Shown here one piece after another: positions 34,944 to 48,547 of a stretch of DNA of 64,000 bases. The notes beneath the pieces were generated by a model. The model was not told the origin of the DNA. It did not search any database and saw nothing but the letters and a program-made list of their open reading frames with translations. The first letter of the stretch is position 1. Every line of letters begins with the position of its first letter. This DNA is from Chlorokybus atmophyticus (Eukaryota; Plantae; Mesostigma and Chlorokybus algae). A program made the position numbers and the translations under genes. The stretch is from positions 276,841 to 340,840 of the forward strand of contig RHPI01002533.1 in assembly GCA_009103225.1 (NCBI GenBank), read 5' to 3'.

Positions 34944-36650
34944 CCAAGGACGATGGAGAGAGTGTAAGCTCATGATTGATAGCGGTGCCAACAGCAACTT
35001 CATGAGTATTGATATCGCGCGGCGTTACGGTTGGCTTTCGTCATTACGAGGAGGTGAAGTGAAGCTCGCTGATGGAGAGCCACCCTCTGGAGGTGATGGC
35101 GCTGCGTTTATAACTAAAGAGTTGTGCGTTCGCATTGGGAAGATGAAGAAGAACATGCGATTTTGCTGCATCATCCTACGGAACGGGTTTGACGGGATAT
35201 TGGGACTACCGTGGCTATGGCAACATAATCCATCCATCAATTGGAGGAAGCTCGCGCTCACCATCGAACGAAATGGTGGAGAATCCATTCAAGCTGCGTC
35301 GGACGTCATCGAGGCGCGGCACGCACAATCATGTGGTACGACAATTGCCCAGATCTGTTATGTGCAATTGAGGAAGTTATTGTTTGCACGGAAGGCAAAG
35401 GTTGCATGGTTGTGCGTGGTGTGCGAAAACACTGCAAAGTCAGCACCCGAGCTGAGTGACGATGTTAAGACGGCTACGATGGACCCCGAGGTGTGTAAAC
35501 TTGTTAAAGAATACCAAGATATCATGGTGGACGGACTTCCATCTGGTCTACCACCTCCACGGAGCGTAGACCACCGTGTGGAGCTGATTGAGGGCGTGCA
35601 CAAGCCACCGTATCGACCCGTATACAAGTTGTCACCTTTGGAGCTGGAAGAGGCCGAGAGGCAGGTGGCGGACTTGCTGAAAAGAGGCTACATCAGGTCT
35701 AGTAAGTCCCCCTATGGTGCAACTATTTTGTTTGTACGAAAGAAGAACGGGAGCTTGCGCATGTGCGTCGACTACCGAGCTCTCAACAATATCACGAAGA
35801 GGAATTGCTTTCCACTCCCACGTATCGACGAGTTGCTGGAGCAATTGCAAGGTGCGCAGTACTTCACAACACTTGATCTTGGTAGAGGTTATCACCAAAT
35901 CCGCATCGCGCCCGAGGATGTGGAGAAAACAGCTTTTAACACGTTATGGGCACTACGAGTGGTTGGTCATGTCCTTCGGACTTACGAACGCACCGGCAAC
36001 ATTTCAAACGCTTATGAACAGCATTTTTGCTGACTTGATTGGTAAGGGAATCCTCGTGTACCTCGACGACATTTTGGTGTACGCGAAAACAAAGGAGGAG
36101 CACGTGGCACTTCTACGGCGCGTGTTGCAGCGTTTGCGCGAACACAAGTTGTACGCCCAGCTACAAAAGTGCAAATTCTTGCTTCGAGAGGTGGAGTACC
36201 TAGGCCACATCGTGTCGCATGAAGGCATCAAGCCGGACCCCAACCAAGTGCAGGTGGTGCGCGAGTGGGCTTCCCCAACCAACATAAAGGAGGTGATGTC
36301 CTTTTTAGGCCTTGCGGGGTATTATTGCAAGTTTATCATGGGGTTTTCGCGCATAGCTGTTCCCTTGAGTGCCCTACTCAAGAAGGGAAAGCCTTGGAAC
36401 ACGTCAGCAGCAGAGGAACATGCATTTGCTGCGTTAAAGAAGGCGCTGACGGAGGCACCAGTCCTGGCTCACCCCGACATGGAAAAGACATTTATTTTGG
36501 CTTGCGACGCGTCCGACACAGCCGTAGGAGCTGTTTTGCAGCAAGACCATGGCAACGGCCTTCAACCAGTAGCATTCTTCAGCAAGAAGATGAGTGGTGC
36601 GGAGCTGAACTACCCCGTGCACGAGAAGGAATGCTTAGCGCAAGTCATAG
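34828..36650 (+). pseudogene. Gypsy pol (protease, RT, partial RNase H), frameshifted and truncated
   Basis: LMIDSGANSNF, LFVRKKNGSLRMCVDYRALN, YLDDIL, YLGHIVS, CDASDTAVGAVL, YPVHEKE. Confidence 0.93.
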
Positions 36651-39478
36651 TGTGGAGAATATAGCATGGTTTGCAGTGTTCTCTACATGTATAGCATATG
36701 ACACTTATGTGCTATTGTCCAGTCAGCTTAGCTAGCCCTGTTGTAGCTTATTAAGTTGGTACTTGATAAGCTACTCATAGACTGCAGTTGTATGTATAGG
36801 CTGCAGGCAGTTAGGACTGGTACAGTTTGGTCTGATCTTTGGTAATACCCAAACTAAGGGCCCAGAGCCGACAGGCCGCGGGTTATTGAGTTAGTTCACT
36901 CTCTGGTCAATACCTCTGGCGGTGTAGCTATGCTTTACCACTGTGTTGTGTATGCTTGCTGTGCATGGTTGCATGCAGCATCTCTAGTCAACAGGTTATG
37001 GGCCCACATCCACGTGTGTAGAGCTAGCTACTGTGAGAGAGTGTTCTCCTCTGTGTGTGGGGTTGTTGGAGCTGATTGCTGGAGCTGAGAGGTGCAGCGG
37101 ACAAGCAGGAGGACTGTGGGGTTCAGCTGTGAAGTTCAAGCAGCAGGAGAGTCAGCAGGATGGCAACCACTGGATCAGAGAAGGAGAAGTTCACCATCAA
37201 ACCCTTGGGAGATGACAACTACGCCAGCTGGAGCTTTGAGATGAAGATGAAGCTCATCTATACAGAGCTGTGGGACTACGTAGACCCAAAGGGGAGTGCG
37301 CCAATTGGTAACGAGTCTGCATGGATGCGAAGCAGTTTGCGTGCTTTGGGTTTGATGAGTATGCATGTTGAGCCCTTCCATAGGCCACTGCTACAGATGC
37401 AATCTGATGCGAAGCATGCATGGGAAGCTTTGGAAAATATGTTCTCTACACGCTCTGTTGGTCGTAAGATTGAGCTCAAGCAAGCGTTCAACAACATGAG
37501 GAAGCTTGCTAGTGACTCAGTTACAGACTATTTGGGACGTGCACAGAAGCTCAAAAAAATGATTTGACCTCTATTGGAGATTCAGTCTAAGAGGATGATC
37601 TGTGCTTGAATGTACTGTCTGGGTTGCCACGAGAGTTCGAGGTTGTTGTGATCATGTTGGAGGGTATTAGTACCACTCAGAAGTTGACCCTTAAAGAGAT
37701 TTTGCCTATCCTGTTGAAGGCAGAATCTAGGATCAGGGGCAACGAGGCTGATGGAGAGTCCAGTGCGTTCGCTGCTCGAGCGCAGTCATCTGGAGGAGCT
37801 GGTACCAGCGGCAACAACAATGGCAACAAGGGTGGAGATCAAAAGAAGCAGAACAAGCCTTTCAAGGGGAAGTGCTTCCATTGCGACCAAGTCGGGCACC
37901 GGAAGAGTGATTGTCAACAGCTGAGGTCAGCAAAGGGCAATCAGGGTGGACAGAAAGGAGTGGGTGGAGCAATTGCCTTCACAGCATCCACAGAGATCAG
38001 GCGTCATCCTGGGTGGGTGTTCGATTCTGGCTGTACACAGCATTTGACTCCTGATGCTGGGCTGCTACTCAACTACAAAGTTCAATCCATTCCACGGACT
38101 GTGGAGGTTCTGGGTGGACAGTTGGAGGTAGCGGGTACAGGCTCATCAGTGCTTCATTATAAGACAGGAGAAGGTGTGTATAGGGTGGAGCTGAAGGAGG
38201 TTCTTCATGTTCCTCGTGCACAGGCTAGCCTCTTCTGCATGAAGGTCGCATTGAAGGCTGGAGCTGATTCGTCAGGAAAAGGAGCAGAAGTCTGTTTGCG
38301 CGTTGATGGCAAGATGTGTCTCATCGCTAGAGAACAGCAGGGCGGCCTTTAACTGACAGAAGAAGCTGAGACTGACAAGGCACTGGTGGCGACAGTTCCT
38401 GCGTCAGCTGAACGTTGGCATCGAAGGTTTGGGCATCTTGGCTACGACAACCTGCATCGTTTGATAGCAGAAGATCTGGTCAGCGGCATCAATGTGAGCA
38501 AGCTGCAGATTAAGCAGGCCAAAGGAGTGTTATGCGAGCCATGTGTGTTGTCTAAGATGCATAGGCAACCTTTTCAGCGATCTAAGAGCGTCAGCGAGCA
38601 TGTTGGACAGTTGGTACACACATATGTGTGTGGTCCGTTACCGGAGCCATCAAAGGGGGGAGCATCTTACATTGTCACCTTCCTTGATGACTTCTCCAAG
38701 CTGTCATTGGTGCGTCCTGGGAAGCTCAAGTCAGATGTACCAGCTGTGGTAAAAGAGGTGGTGCTGTGGTTGAAAAATGTGTCTGGCAAATTTGTGAAGA
38801 CAGTCAGAAGTGACAGAGGAGGGGAGTACCTGAACAACAAGCTGTCTGCATTCTGATCTTCGCAAGGCATTGTGCATTAGACAACAGCCCCGTACACTCC
38901 GCAGCAGAATGGTGCAGCAGAGCGGCTGAATCTGACTTTGATGGAAAGGGTGAGAGCCATGCTGAGTGATGCAAAGTTGGAGTATTGCTGGTGGGCAGAG
39001 GCGGTCTTGACAGCCAACTACATCAGGTATAGATCGCCAGTGTGTGCTCAAGCAAAGACTCCATGGGAATTGTTCTTCGCGAAAGCTCCAGATGTCAGCA
39101 ACATGCGAGTGTTTGGCTGCACTGCATATGTGTTGATACCAAAACAGAAAAGGAAGAAGCTAGAGCCAGAAAGGCACATTCCTTGGCTATGAGCCTGACT
39201 CCAAGGCTTATAGAGTTTTGCTGGAGGATACTCGGAAGATTGTGATCAGCAGAGAAGTTGTCTTCCATGAAGCCGTGGGAGCTCAGCAACTGCAGGAGAT
39301 CAGTGACAGTGACTCTTCAGGAGAAGATGTTAGTTCTGATGATAATCAGCAACAGCCTGAGTTCAGCTCTGCAACCACTGCTCCATATTTGGTGGACAGT
39401 GATTCTTTCGAAGAAGAGGGACGGCAATGGCAACATTGAAAGGTATAAAGCCAGATCTTATGCATGGTGATTCTGTAA
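36651..39478 (+). mobile_element. Copia-3: 5' LTR (36651-36993), PBS, degenerate gag-PR-INT and a few RT codons; 3' part deleted
   Basis: TGTGGA..TCAACA then GGTTATGGGCCC; CFHCDQVGHRKSDC, VFDSGC, WHRRFGH, RSDRGGEY, QQNGAAER, RDGNGNIERYKAR joined directly to the Gypsy-A 3' LTR. Confidence 0.92.
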
Positions 39479-40135
39479 ATTTTGTGATTTTCATGGCCGT
39501 TTTAGGCCTTATTTGTAAGGTACATGTTTTCTATGACTTGTGGCGGATATCGGCGAGTTATGAGTCTGCCGCGGATATCGACCGGGGCCCCAAGACCAGT
39601 CCGGAAGGGCTCTTGCCAGAAAACGGAGGGCCAGTCGAGAAGGGCTCGACCAGATTTCTGGAAGGGCCTGGCGCCAAGTAGTATAACTTGACCATATGAG
39701 CAGCAAATTAGGAGACCTTTGGTGTGTTGGAAAGGTCTAGAAGTGTAATACAAGATTCTGCAATTATATCTTAGCTTCTAGTTCCGTCTAGCGCTAGAAT
39801 CGTCTAGACAGTAGCATGTGCAGACTGGTAGGTATAAAAGTGACATTCTACAATTTGCAATACAACTTTTAGCTCCCTAGTTTCTTGTGTGCAAGCTTGG
39901 TGGTGGCTAGAAGGGGCTGCTAGCGTGTGTCCACTGGTGTGTGCTTGCTTGTGTGACGATCCAAGGCGCTACACAAGTCGGTGTGTAGCTTCGAGCGCAT
40001 GCGCGTGCGTGCGCGAGTGGCGGGGCGCGCGTGTGCTTGGCAGAGGGGGCAAGGTTCCGGTGTGAATACCGTGTCTTGGTGAGAGGGTTGTGGATTGGAC
40101 CAACTCACAGGTGACAAGGCACGAGCACCGTCACA
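39479..40135 (+). repeat. Gypsy-A 3' LTR lacking its first ~18 bp
   Basis: Aligns to the 5' LTR from position 32989 onward. Confidence 0.92.
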
Positions 40136-40140
40136 TGGGC

Positions 40141-40460
40141 TGTGCATCGATATGGATGCTATGGTGCTGGCAAGCTCGCCATAGCCATCAACTCTGTGCA
40201 ACTCAGTGATGGACTTCCACACAACATGTGCCTCATGATCAAGATACTGAGCCATGTTATGAAATGATACCTCATCTGACCAGTTCTTGTTCTTAAGGGC
40301 TTGCTGCCGCATCTTGGAGTGAGATTTAATGAACTCATCAAGTGGTGTGGTCGTCCGGAGAAGCGCAGGGAGTTGGTTGAGCTGGAAGGGTCCATCTCTT
40401 TATCATCGCTGTCCGAAAGAGGTGGAGAAACTCATTGTCGAGGAGTGAAGTGAGAGGAGG
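40141..40460 (-). pseudogene. Old Gypsy-like gag (5' part)
   Basis: LDEFIK..WSDEVSFHNMAQYLDHEAHVVW; cut at TSD TGGGC. Confidence 0.6.
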
Positions 40461-41429
40461 TAAAGCTGGAGACGTAGCGAGAGCCTTTGCTGCTACGGCG
40501 TCCTTTAATTGCTCGCTCGTAGGGGAGGTTGGAGGTTGGGCTCTAACTGCAGAGGTCCTCTTCGTCTATCGCCAAAAATGGGGTGGGCCTGCTCATACAG
40601 CTGATGCGATGGTGAAAGTGTATGAAGGGTAGAGTGTCTATGCTCTACAACGCTATCTGAAGGCTGATATCACTCAACACACTAGTGCGCACTATGTGAT
40701 GACGGTGACAACAGTACACTAAGCTGTATCCAGCTACAAGCTGCGCTTCTGATATGAGAAGCAGGATGCAACCACACTCGCTCGAGGAACGAGGGTGACA
40801 CTGCGAGTCAACAAGCCAATACTATAGGTGGTGCTGTTTACACAATTCTTTGCATAAGTAGGAAATTGCATTACACTATTATGTGAGGTGAATGAGCAAG
40901 CAACACGTGGATGATGTGCCCTGACTGATGCCAACAAGCACACCATAACCAAGCACACCAAGCTCACATTAATGACAAGTACAGTGCACAAGAGCATGCA
41001 CAGGCTCTCACACGGTGAGAGAATACTTGGGAACCGGGACGGCGCGTTTTGTAGTTCAAGTCGCTTCACAAGCTCTTAGCTTTCTCACTCATAGTGTCAC
41101 AGGCTGACTAGTGAGCATTATGACTACTTATACAAATCACATCAAGACTGTTCAAAACATAAGCTAATGGTCATGTCGAGGCTATTTGTAATGAGAACCC
41201 CCACTTTATATAGAACAAAACTTATAACCAAATTCACTGAACAGCTACGCGTGGTACCTATGCAGGCTATGGTTATGAGCTAGAGTCATGACCTAGCTAC
41301 TGGTCAGTGACACGCGCGGGTCTTCATGCTGATAGGTCGGGCGAGGGTCTTAATGTAGGCATGCTCGAAGAAGGCTGGCATGCAAGGACAATGGGCATGA
41401 CAGCACACATGCTTTCAAGCAGACCCCTT

Positions 41430-43250
41430 TGGACTTGAGTTCACCTTTGAACTTTGGCCGCACAGTTGGACAAATTCAACTATATGCTCCAAGGTGTTGT
41501 GCTCTCTTCGACCAACCTTGCCACTAAGTACATACTCATTGAGTACGGGATGTGCAGTTCCAATGGACTTCAAGCTTTTTTGAACCTATTCAAGTATGAC
41601 CACATACTCTTCACCTTCAGCCCAAGTAGAGGATCAGGTTACACCGGCCCACTGCACTTCAAGTGCATGGACACACAGGTGCCGCATGACAACAGATGAT
41701 GCGTACATGCATAATCGCAGGTGACAAGCAACACATGCTCTGAAACCAACTTGGTCACCCTGAATGGGTTCAAGCATTTGGGTAGCAAATGCAATTGTTA
41801 GTGAACTCGATTGCGAGATCAATGATAAAAACAACAGTCTCAAACCCGGGAACTGTTGCTTGGCCAGCGAGGGTGTTCCTTTGCCTGGACCGCTTTCCCG
41901 CCATAGCACAAACTTGAAGCACAGCTTAGCAACTATGACATGCAGTGCATGCATCTCATATGCAGTACCGTACAGTCCCTATGCCGGGAATTGACACTGT
42001 CAGTGTTGTGGCACAACATGCATAATGTGCTTTGACTGTCATAGCCGCGAGTGTCACCCAGTGACGCTCTCAATACATGGACAACTTGTCTTTTGGACGC
42101 AAGCTTGGTATGGATAACTTGTCTCACTTACTGTTCTGAGCACCCGCAAATCTACCGCTAGCAGCCACTGTGCAATCGATGTACATAATGTGAGAAGTGT
42201 GGTTGTCGCTGCGATAGCTCGGCACGTCCTTGATACCTAGTTCAAATGTTGTCAACACCTATTGACCAACTTGCGCCTTTGTCAGCACTTGCTGACTCAG
42301 CAAACTCGACTCTAGGCCAACTCATATGGCATGACGCGAAATCTACGGGCTCAGGCCGACTTGGTTTGGCAATGCAGGATTCAACATGCTTATAATGTTG
42401 TCAACACCTCACGTTGGTGACAAGCTCAATGTCTTTGTGCCACTACTGGTGGCATCACTTGAGACTTTAAGCTCTTGCCAATGCATGTTGCAGCTGCAAC
42501 TAGTGCATTACTTGTCACGCTTGGCCAGCGATGCGGGCATCACCGAGTGACTACCTCATCAGGCCCTAAGCATGGTTGTCTGCCTGTTAACAGGCAGACA
42601 ACTGTTTGCAACGTTGCAAACAGTTGTGAGTCATACATGCGCACCCGTCATGGGCTTGTCAAGTTCAGCTTCAACTTCCATGTGTTCCCACAAGCTTTTG
42701 TGGCACACCAATCCCTTCCATGTTAGCTTGACCATAAAATTGCGGGAGCTTTCAATTGTACAGCTGCAATTGAATGTGCTACATAGTCATGTGGAGATCC
42801 TTCCCATTAGGTAAGGATCCTCACTCGGTGTCTCACCTTGTGTAACGGATTGTTCAACACCTCCCCACTGGGTTGGGTGTCAAACCGTGACATGGTATGT
42901 GCACGTACACGTGCAGCACACAAGCTCAAGATTCATTGCTATGAGAGTATGAGTTTATGAGTAAATGGGTTCAAGTTGTGGTCGGTTGCAACTGAGTAAC
43001 CGCTTTCACCCCCCCTTTAGTTGCAGAGTCACTCTGTGACTGCTTGCATTACTCCCATCAACACAAGCACACACATGCTAAGTGAGTAGTCATCACATCA
43101 TCACGATGTCTAATAGCACACAAGAAAAAAGTGATTGCTTTCGCTGAGTAACATACAAATCGCGCACGTGCGAACATGCGTTGCAACTTTGTGCCAACTA
43201 CTTGGGCATCAACATGATCACCTCAAGTATCATACTTGAGTGACCGAGAT
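41430..43250 (-). pseudogene. Highly degenerate Gypsy integrase/chromodomain remnant
   Basis: Frameshifted EYVL.WQGWSK.HNT..NLSNC (chromodomain-like, ~41450-41570) and WHKVATHVRTCAIC (integrase zinc-binding-like, ~43150-43210). Confidence 0.45.
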
Positions 43251-44116
43251 ATGTACCTCTTTGTAGGGACTGGTACAGTTTCCAGTATCTTGCAAACACA
43301 CGCATCAGCGGACGTTGCCAAGCCTCTAATCTATGCTTTTAGGGGGATGGAGGTGTGCACCAACAGCAACTTAGCCCAATCAGTCCTCACGTTGCATGAA
43401 GTGCATGCTACTTCCCCTCATTGTCTCACAAGATACTCAGAGGGACACATAGCCCTTGTATTGTTGGCGTCACAAGTGTACAGCTTGCATTAAAGAGTAG
43501 TGTGCCATACACTCTCTTCTGATTATTTTACTATCGCACAAAGAATTAGTGAGCCTGGTAAGGCTCACTACGTTGCATTGCACTAGAACCCAAAGCATCA
43601 CACGAGTTACGCATGTGAACGAGTCAGCAATGTCACACCCTCAAACACTTGCCACAATACATTGTCGCCTCATCTCATGTGGTGCATCTGCCTTTATGAC
43701 ACCAGTGGTGAGACCAAAGTAGACAAGCAAGGTCTGTGCCAGGCAATGCTTGCACACACGTGCAAATGCACCGGAGGCATGCCATGCATGTGGTAAATCC
43801 AACGTGTTCCACATGATTCAATGCACTCGGCGCGCTGATGACACGCACTTATCAAAGCGAAGCAACCGCAGTCAATCAACACCATGCATAAGACAACCAA
43901 CCACCAATCGTCATTACATGTTCGGTCTTTCCTACAACTGGAGCTGCACCAACGTTTGAAGACAACCTTTTGATCCGTTCAACTCGCACTTAACTAAACA
44001 CAAACTACACAGTCACCCCTACACATGCTCCGAGCTCAGCACTCCAGGAGCTACACAAGTCAATGGTCGCAAACACACAAAACAAAACGCACTGCCAGGG
44101 GCAAGCCAACCGCAAC

Positions 44117-47100
44117 CTAGGAATCTGCCCCGGTGATGATTCGCACAACCATGGTCAAGCGATCCATTGCCTTCGAGTACGTGTATATCCAACTCAACAC
44201 GAGAGCCACGTCATCGTAGTTGTGCAGCAGTGTATTGATGAACTTGGGGTGGCACTTGACGCACGCATGAAGCAGCTTCCTGCGCTCCAGATACTGCTTG
44301 CGCAGTTCCAACCGTGCAGCCTCCAGCTCGTGGATGGCGGCGCTGGCGCTGGCCTTGACATCTTTCTTAGACAAACTCTCATGTGTGTGCTCGCCGCTGC
44401 GAAGCATGTCCACTGCAGTCTTCACCATCCGCTCTGCCGCCCGCGACACCTCTGCAAAGTATGGCTCCAATGGCCCTGTGAGAAAGCGATGCAAGTCCCC
44501 ATTGTACCTGCACAGAACTGGAGATTGAATATTCTGTGTTCAAGTATGTGTACATGTGGCAAAGCATATCTTGAGGTCTACACTAACCAGGCTATTCTGT
44601 TTGACAAGCCCATAAGTGCTAGCAAAGTTGAAACCAAAGCGTCCAGGCCTTGTACTTGCCTGCCGGTAATCATTGGAGGCCTCTTGTTGACGATTGCCAT
44701 GGCCGCCAGTCTGTCGGACAAGGCCAGCATACCGGCGAGGGTTTGAGCAACAATCGGAGGCATGGCCAAGGGTCCTTTCTTCCACAGGACAGCCTCCTTT
44801 GCGAGGATCAGCTGCACTGCACTGAGGGGAGCAATCAGCGCTGACTGGAGGGAGAAAACCTCCCACTCGGGTGGTTGTTGATGTTGGTGGCTGAGCTTGT
44901 CACTGGCAATGGCAGATTTATCAACTTCATCGCCAATCGATCTGAACTCGTCGTGGAAAGTGTCAACCGCATGTTGGCCTTTCTCAAGTGTTTGTGCAAG
45001 TGTCTCCAGCGCCTCATCGGAAGCATACCACGGCAGGATGAGGTTGCTCACCACGATGGCGAACACACCGCCAATGACCATCGCCAGCGGCCTCGCGACG
45101 GCCCACGTCCAGTTGCCAGTGTCGCCTGGCTGCGGGGTGTACTGCTCGAGTGTAAGGATGTAAAGCGTGCTAATGGACAAGAAGACCGCATACATGAACT
45201 GCGTGGACATAAAAAGACCCATCACGAAGGTAATGACGCTTAGAATGGCCCCGAGTACAAGTGGTTCCGATGCGACTGCCGCATTGGACATAAGGCCGTA
45301 TGCAATAGCCGCGGCAATGATGGTGGCAATGATGCGCAGCATTGCACGGAGCACTGTCGTGTCCACCTTTGGGAAGATCGTAAGCATGACGCAAAAGTAG
45401 GCCCACAGAGGCTTCCAATCCGAGACGGTTTGTATGTGTTGAATGCTCAGGACCACGACGACCACTGTGGCGGTGCAGAGCCACCACTTGCATGCGTATT
45501 GGAAGTTTCTCGACCGCAGCATGTACGTGAAACTTTCTCTGGATTTCAATCTTTTTGGCAGGTGGTTGAAAAACACGTCTTTCCAACGCTTAACGAGTGC
45601 ATAGCCACTCAGCGCCATCGCATGCGGCACTACAAAAGAGAAGTTGGCTTTCAACCAGTGCTGAGATTTCTGCCTCAGGGTCGCTCCCTCCTTGTCCAGA
45701 GCCTGATAGTGTTGATTCTTCACCGCATTCTTCACGGCAGATTCCAGGTCCTGCAGATCTCTTATCATCTGATGGGTCACGATCGCGGTGAAGATGAGCG
45801 CTCGCACTTCCGAGGTTGGCGCTATGATTTGCCCGTCCTCTTTTAGTACCTTGTCATCGCAGCGAGTCAACATGTTGGAACAATCTGACCGCCGCTTGCA
45901 ACCAGTTGGAACTTGTCACTTGACTTTGGTAATACAAATTGCAAACAACATAACTTGATGTACTCACGCGCGCGCGCACACACACACAGAGCGAGCGAGC
46001 AAACAAGAGACTGGCTTGCCTGGGTCCAAGACAAAGCCCACCTGTGCCCAGTATCTATTGAATGCTGCTTTCAGGCCAGTGGTGTGCACGTCCACGTACC
46101 GCTGCCAGGCCACGCGCTTGACTCTGCAGAGTGGTGACGAGCCCATGCGGTCTGCATCGCCTCGCACAATGAACGCAAGTCCGGCACAGACGGCAGCCTG
46201 CAAGATTTCCCGCGTGATTTGCATATAGGGCAAGTGTTTGCGTGCTTGCGTGTGCAAATGAGAGTGTGAGCACACCATGTCGGCGTAAAGGTAGCGTATC
46301 AGCGGAATCTCCTCTTCAAGAAACCACTTGAGAAGCGTCCTGGTGTGGAAATGCCTGCCACCTGCACTGTGCAATCGACTCATCATCCATGCCACCACAC
46401 CATGGCTGCATCCGTAAGCTACTCCGCTTCTTTTACATTACTTTTAGGCAGTCAACGCAACAAGAAAGCACCTTCCAGCACCATCTCCAGTGCCGTCACA
46501 GTCGTAATCAACTTGTTGACGGCCTGCAGCAGCCGAGTCATTGGCTGCACTCCTAACAACGTTGATGATTGACAAAGACCAGCAAATCACGCACTATCAT
46601 GCCTGAATGACTGGATACCACTCGCTGAGGTTGTAGATGCCATCCACCCATGGGGGCTCCATGGCGGCAATCCCAAGCGCCAGCTGCACTTTGGCAACAT
46701 CGGGCCGCAGAGTCGCAACGTGGAACGCTGATGAAGGCGACCGATCTTTCTGCAGCTGCTCCGGGCTGGACAGGTTTTGCAGCGTGTCCAAAACCTCATT
46801 GTCCGCCGGCTCCTGGCGACTACTCCAGCGACCCATCCCTGAACACCGCAGTGACGAACGCATTGGTAACACGCGTGGACAACGCACACCACAACAGCCT
46901 GGCCAGAGCACTTATACTGTCATCTGCAATGCAGCACGACTGAGTCATATAACTGCCACCTTGCTGTACCAGCACATGCCTCCACAACATACATGATGTG
47001 ATGCAGAAAGACTGTGCATGCCCATGATGCTAGGCAGCATAGCCCCCACAACCTCTGCAGCACAACAATCTTGAAAAACCAAACGCCTCTGCTCACTCAC

Positions 47101-48547
47101 TTCCCACTTCTCTGACCTGCACACTGGCGTTGCTGGTTGTCATCATCAAGTAGGAAAAGCTGGCTGCCGTACTCCGAAACGCCGAGTCCCAGCCGCACAA
47201 AAACTTTGGCAAGGGTGTCGCGCACGCCACGTGAGGCGGGAAGCGTGAACACGAGGGTAGAGGCGAAAGCCACCGACGCGCCCGCAATGCAGGTCGCGAG
47301 GACCAGCCACCCCACATTCGTCCACAGCACGCGCGCGGGCCAGACATACTGAAAGGACATAACCGCCACGCCATACACCAGCCCGGTCAACAGGCCAGCC
47401 GCCTGCCCCTGCGGTGCGTCCAGGTGGCGCACCACCGCGATCAACGCGAGGCCGACGCACGTGAGGAAACACAGCCATGGCACGAAAGCGCCTGAAAGGC
47501 ATTGGCAACGATGTCAGCAGTCAGCCAAACTAAAGAATACAGTTGGCGTGTATGGAGGGAAGGAGGTAGTATATTTTGTTGCTTGGTTTGTCAAGTGTGC
47601 TCGCATGCACGTGTGCGTGTGCATGCGCTCGTGATGCCGCACACGCATTCATATGCTTCTAAAGCGTGCAAGAACGCCACTGTGCAAGCACAGTTTGTCA
47701 AGCAATGCGCTTCCTGATGCTCTTGTCTGACCTGGCAGTACGCGTGCTAGGGACACGGTGGAACCGCCAAAAGGCGTAGCGAAGGCGGAGTAACCAATTG
47801 TAGATGAAGCGGCAAAAAGCTTGCCTGGACGACACACAGTACTGAGCAAGGTTGCACGCACACGCACGCGCACACACACACACGCTGCAACAGTCCAGCA
47901 GTGCAGTACTCCAACAAGCCCTGTCACCTCCCCAATATGGACTTGCTTGAGACCAAAGGATCATGGGCACGAGGTACAGAACCGGAGCCAGGAAGCTCAA
48001 AGGAAACCGCAGCGGATTTACCAGCACAAACAGCATTGCTACCAATCCTCCCGCCACCAGCTGCACGAGACACAAGCCCATCATTTATCCCTTAGTGCCA
48101 CTTGTTGTCAGGTCAGCATGCGTGTGATTGAGTTGCTCAGCTTACAACACACATGCATGTGATTTGAGAACCTACATCATGTACCTGTGCCGAAAGTTTG
48201 ACCTCAGTCGAATTGATGCAGCGTTGCAAAGGGGTGAGCCCTCGCCAGAGGCGACTATCCAGCGGCTTGGCCTTGAGCATCTGTGCGGCGGGCTTCTCAA
48301 GAAGAACGTGGTCGCTATCAGCACCGCCATAACCACCACCATTCGGTTTGATGGTAATCACATGGTGATCACCAGCCTCTTCCTTTCCACCCTGCTGCCG
48401 CTGTTCGTCAACCGAACATGGCACCTTGCCATCGCCTTCAACGGCTTCTTCTCCCTCAGTCAGATCCGCAGTGCTTTGTTCGTCCGTGTCAATGTCGACC
48501 CCCCATCCAAGTTTGTATGTTGGCAATAGCGAGTTAATGGTCTCCAC
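44117..48547 (-). CDS. Multi-exon aromatic-acid-exporter / FUSC / ALMT-like membrane transport protein (host gene)
   Basis: Two hydrophobic TM clusters; second has LWAYFCVMLTIFPKVDTTVLRAMLRIIATIIAA..WAVARPLAMVIGGVFAIVVSNLILPW, a FUSC_2/ALMT-like signature; GT-AG introns between ORF segments; helical cytosolic tail. Exon boundaries only partly resolved. Confidence 0.8.

Larger units (their letters stand above)
32971..40135 (+). mobile_element. Gypsy-A (Ty3/Gypsy, chromovirus-like PBS), internally deleted, with nested Copia-3
   Basis: LTRs 32971-33647 and 39479-40135, TSD TGGGC (32966-32970, 40136-40140), PBS TGGTATCGGAGC at ~33650, gag-PR-RT-RH, integrase missing. Confidence 0.93.

Noticed and set aside
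42855-42885. TTCAACACCTCCCC resembling a Copia PPT/LTR junction on the minus strand
   Set aside because: No partner LTR or Copia coding remnant was recognised nearby.
44063-44746. 227-aa plus-strand ORF
   Set aside because: Antisense to the last exons of the transporter gene; no recognisable motifs.
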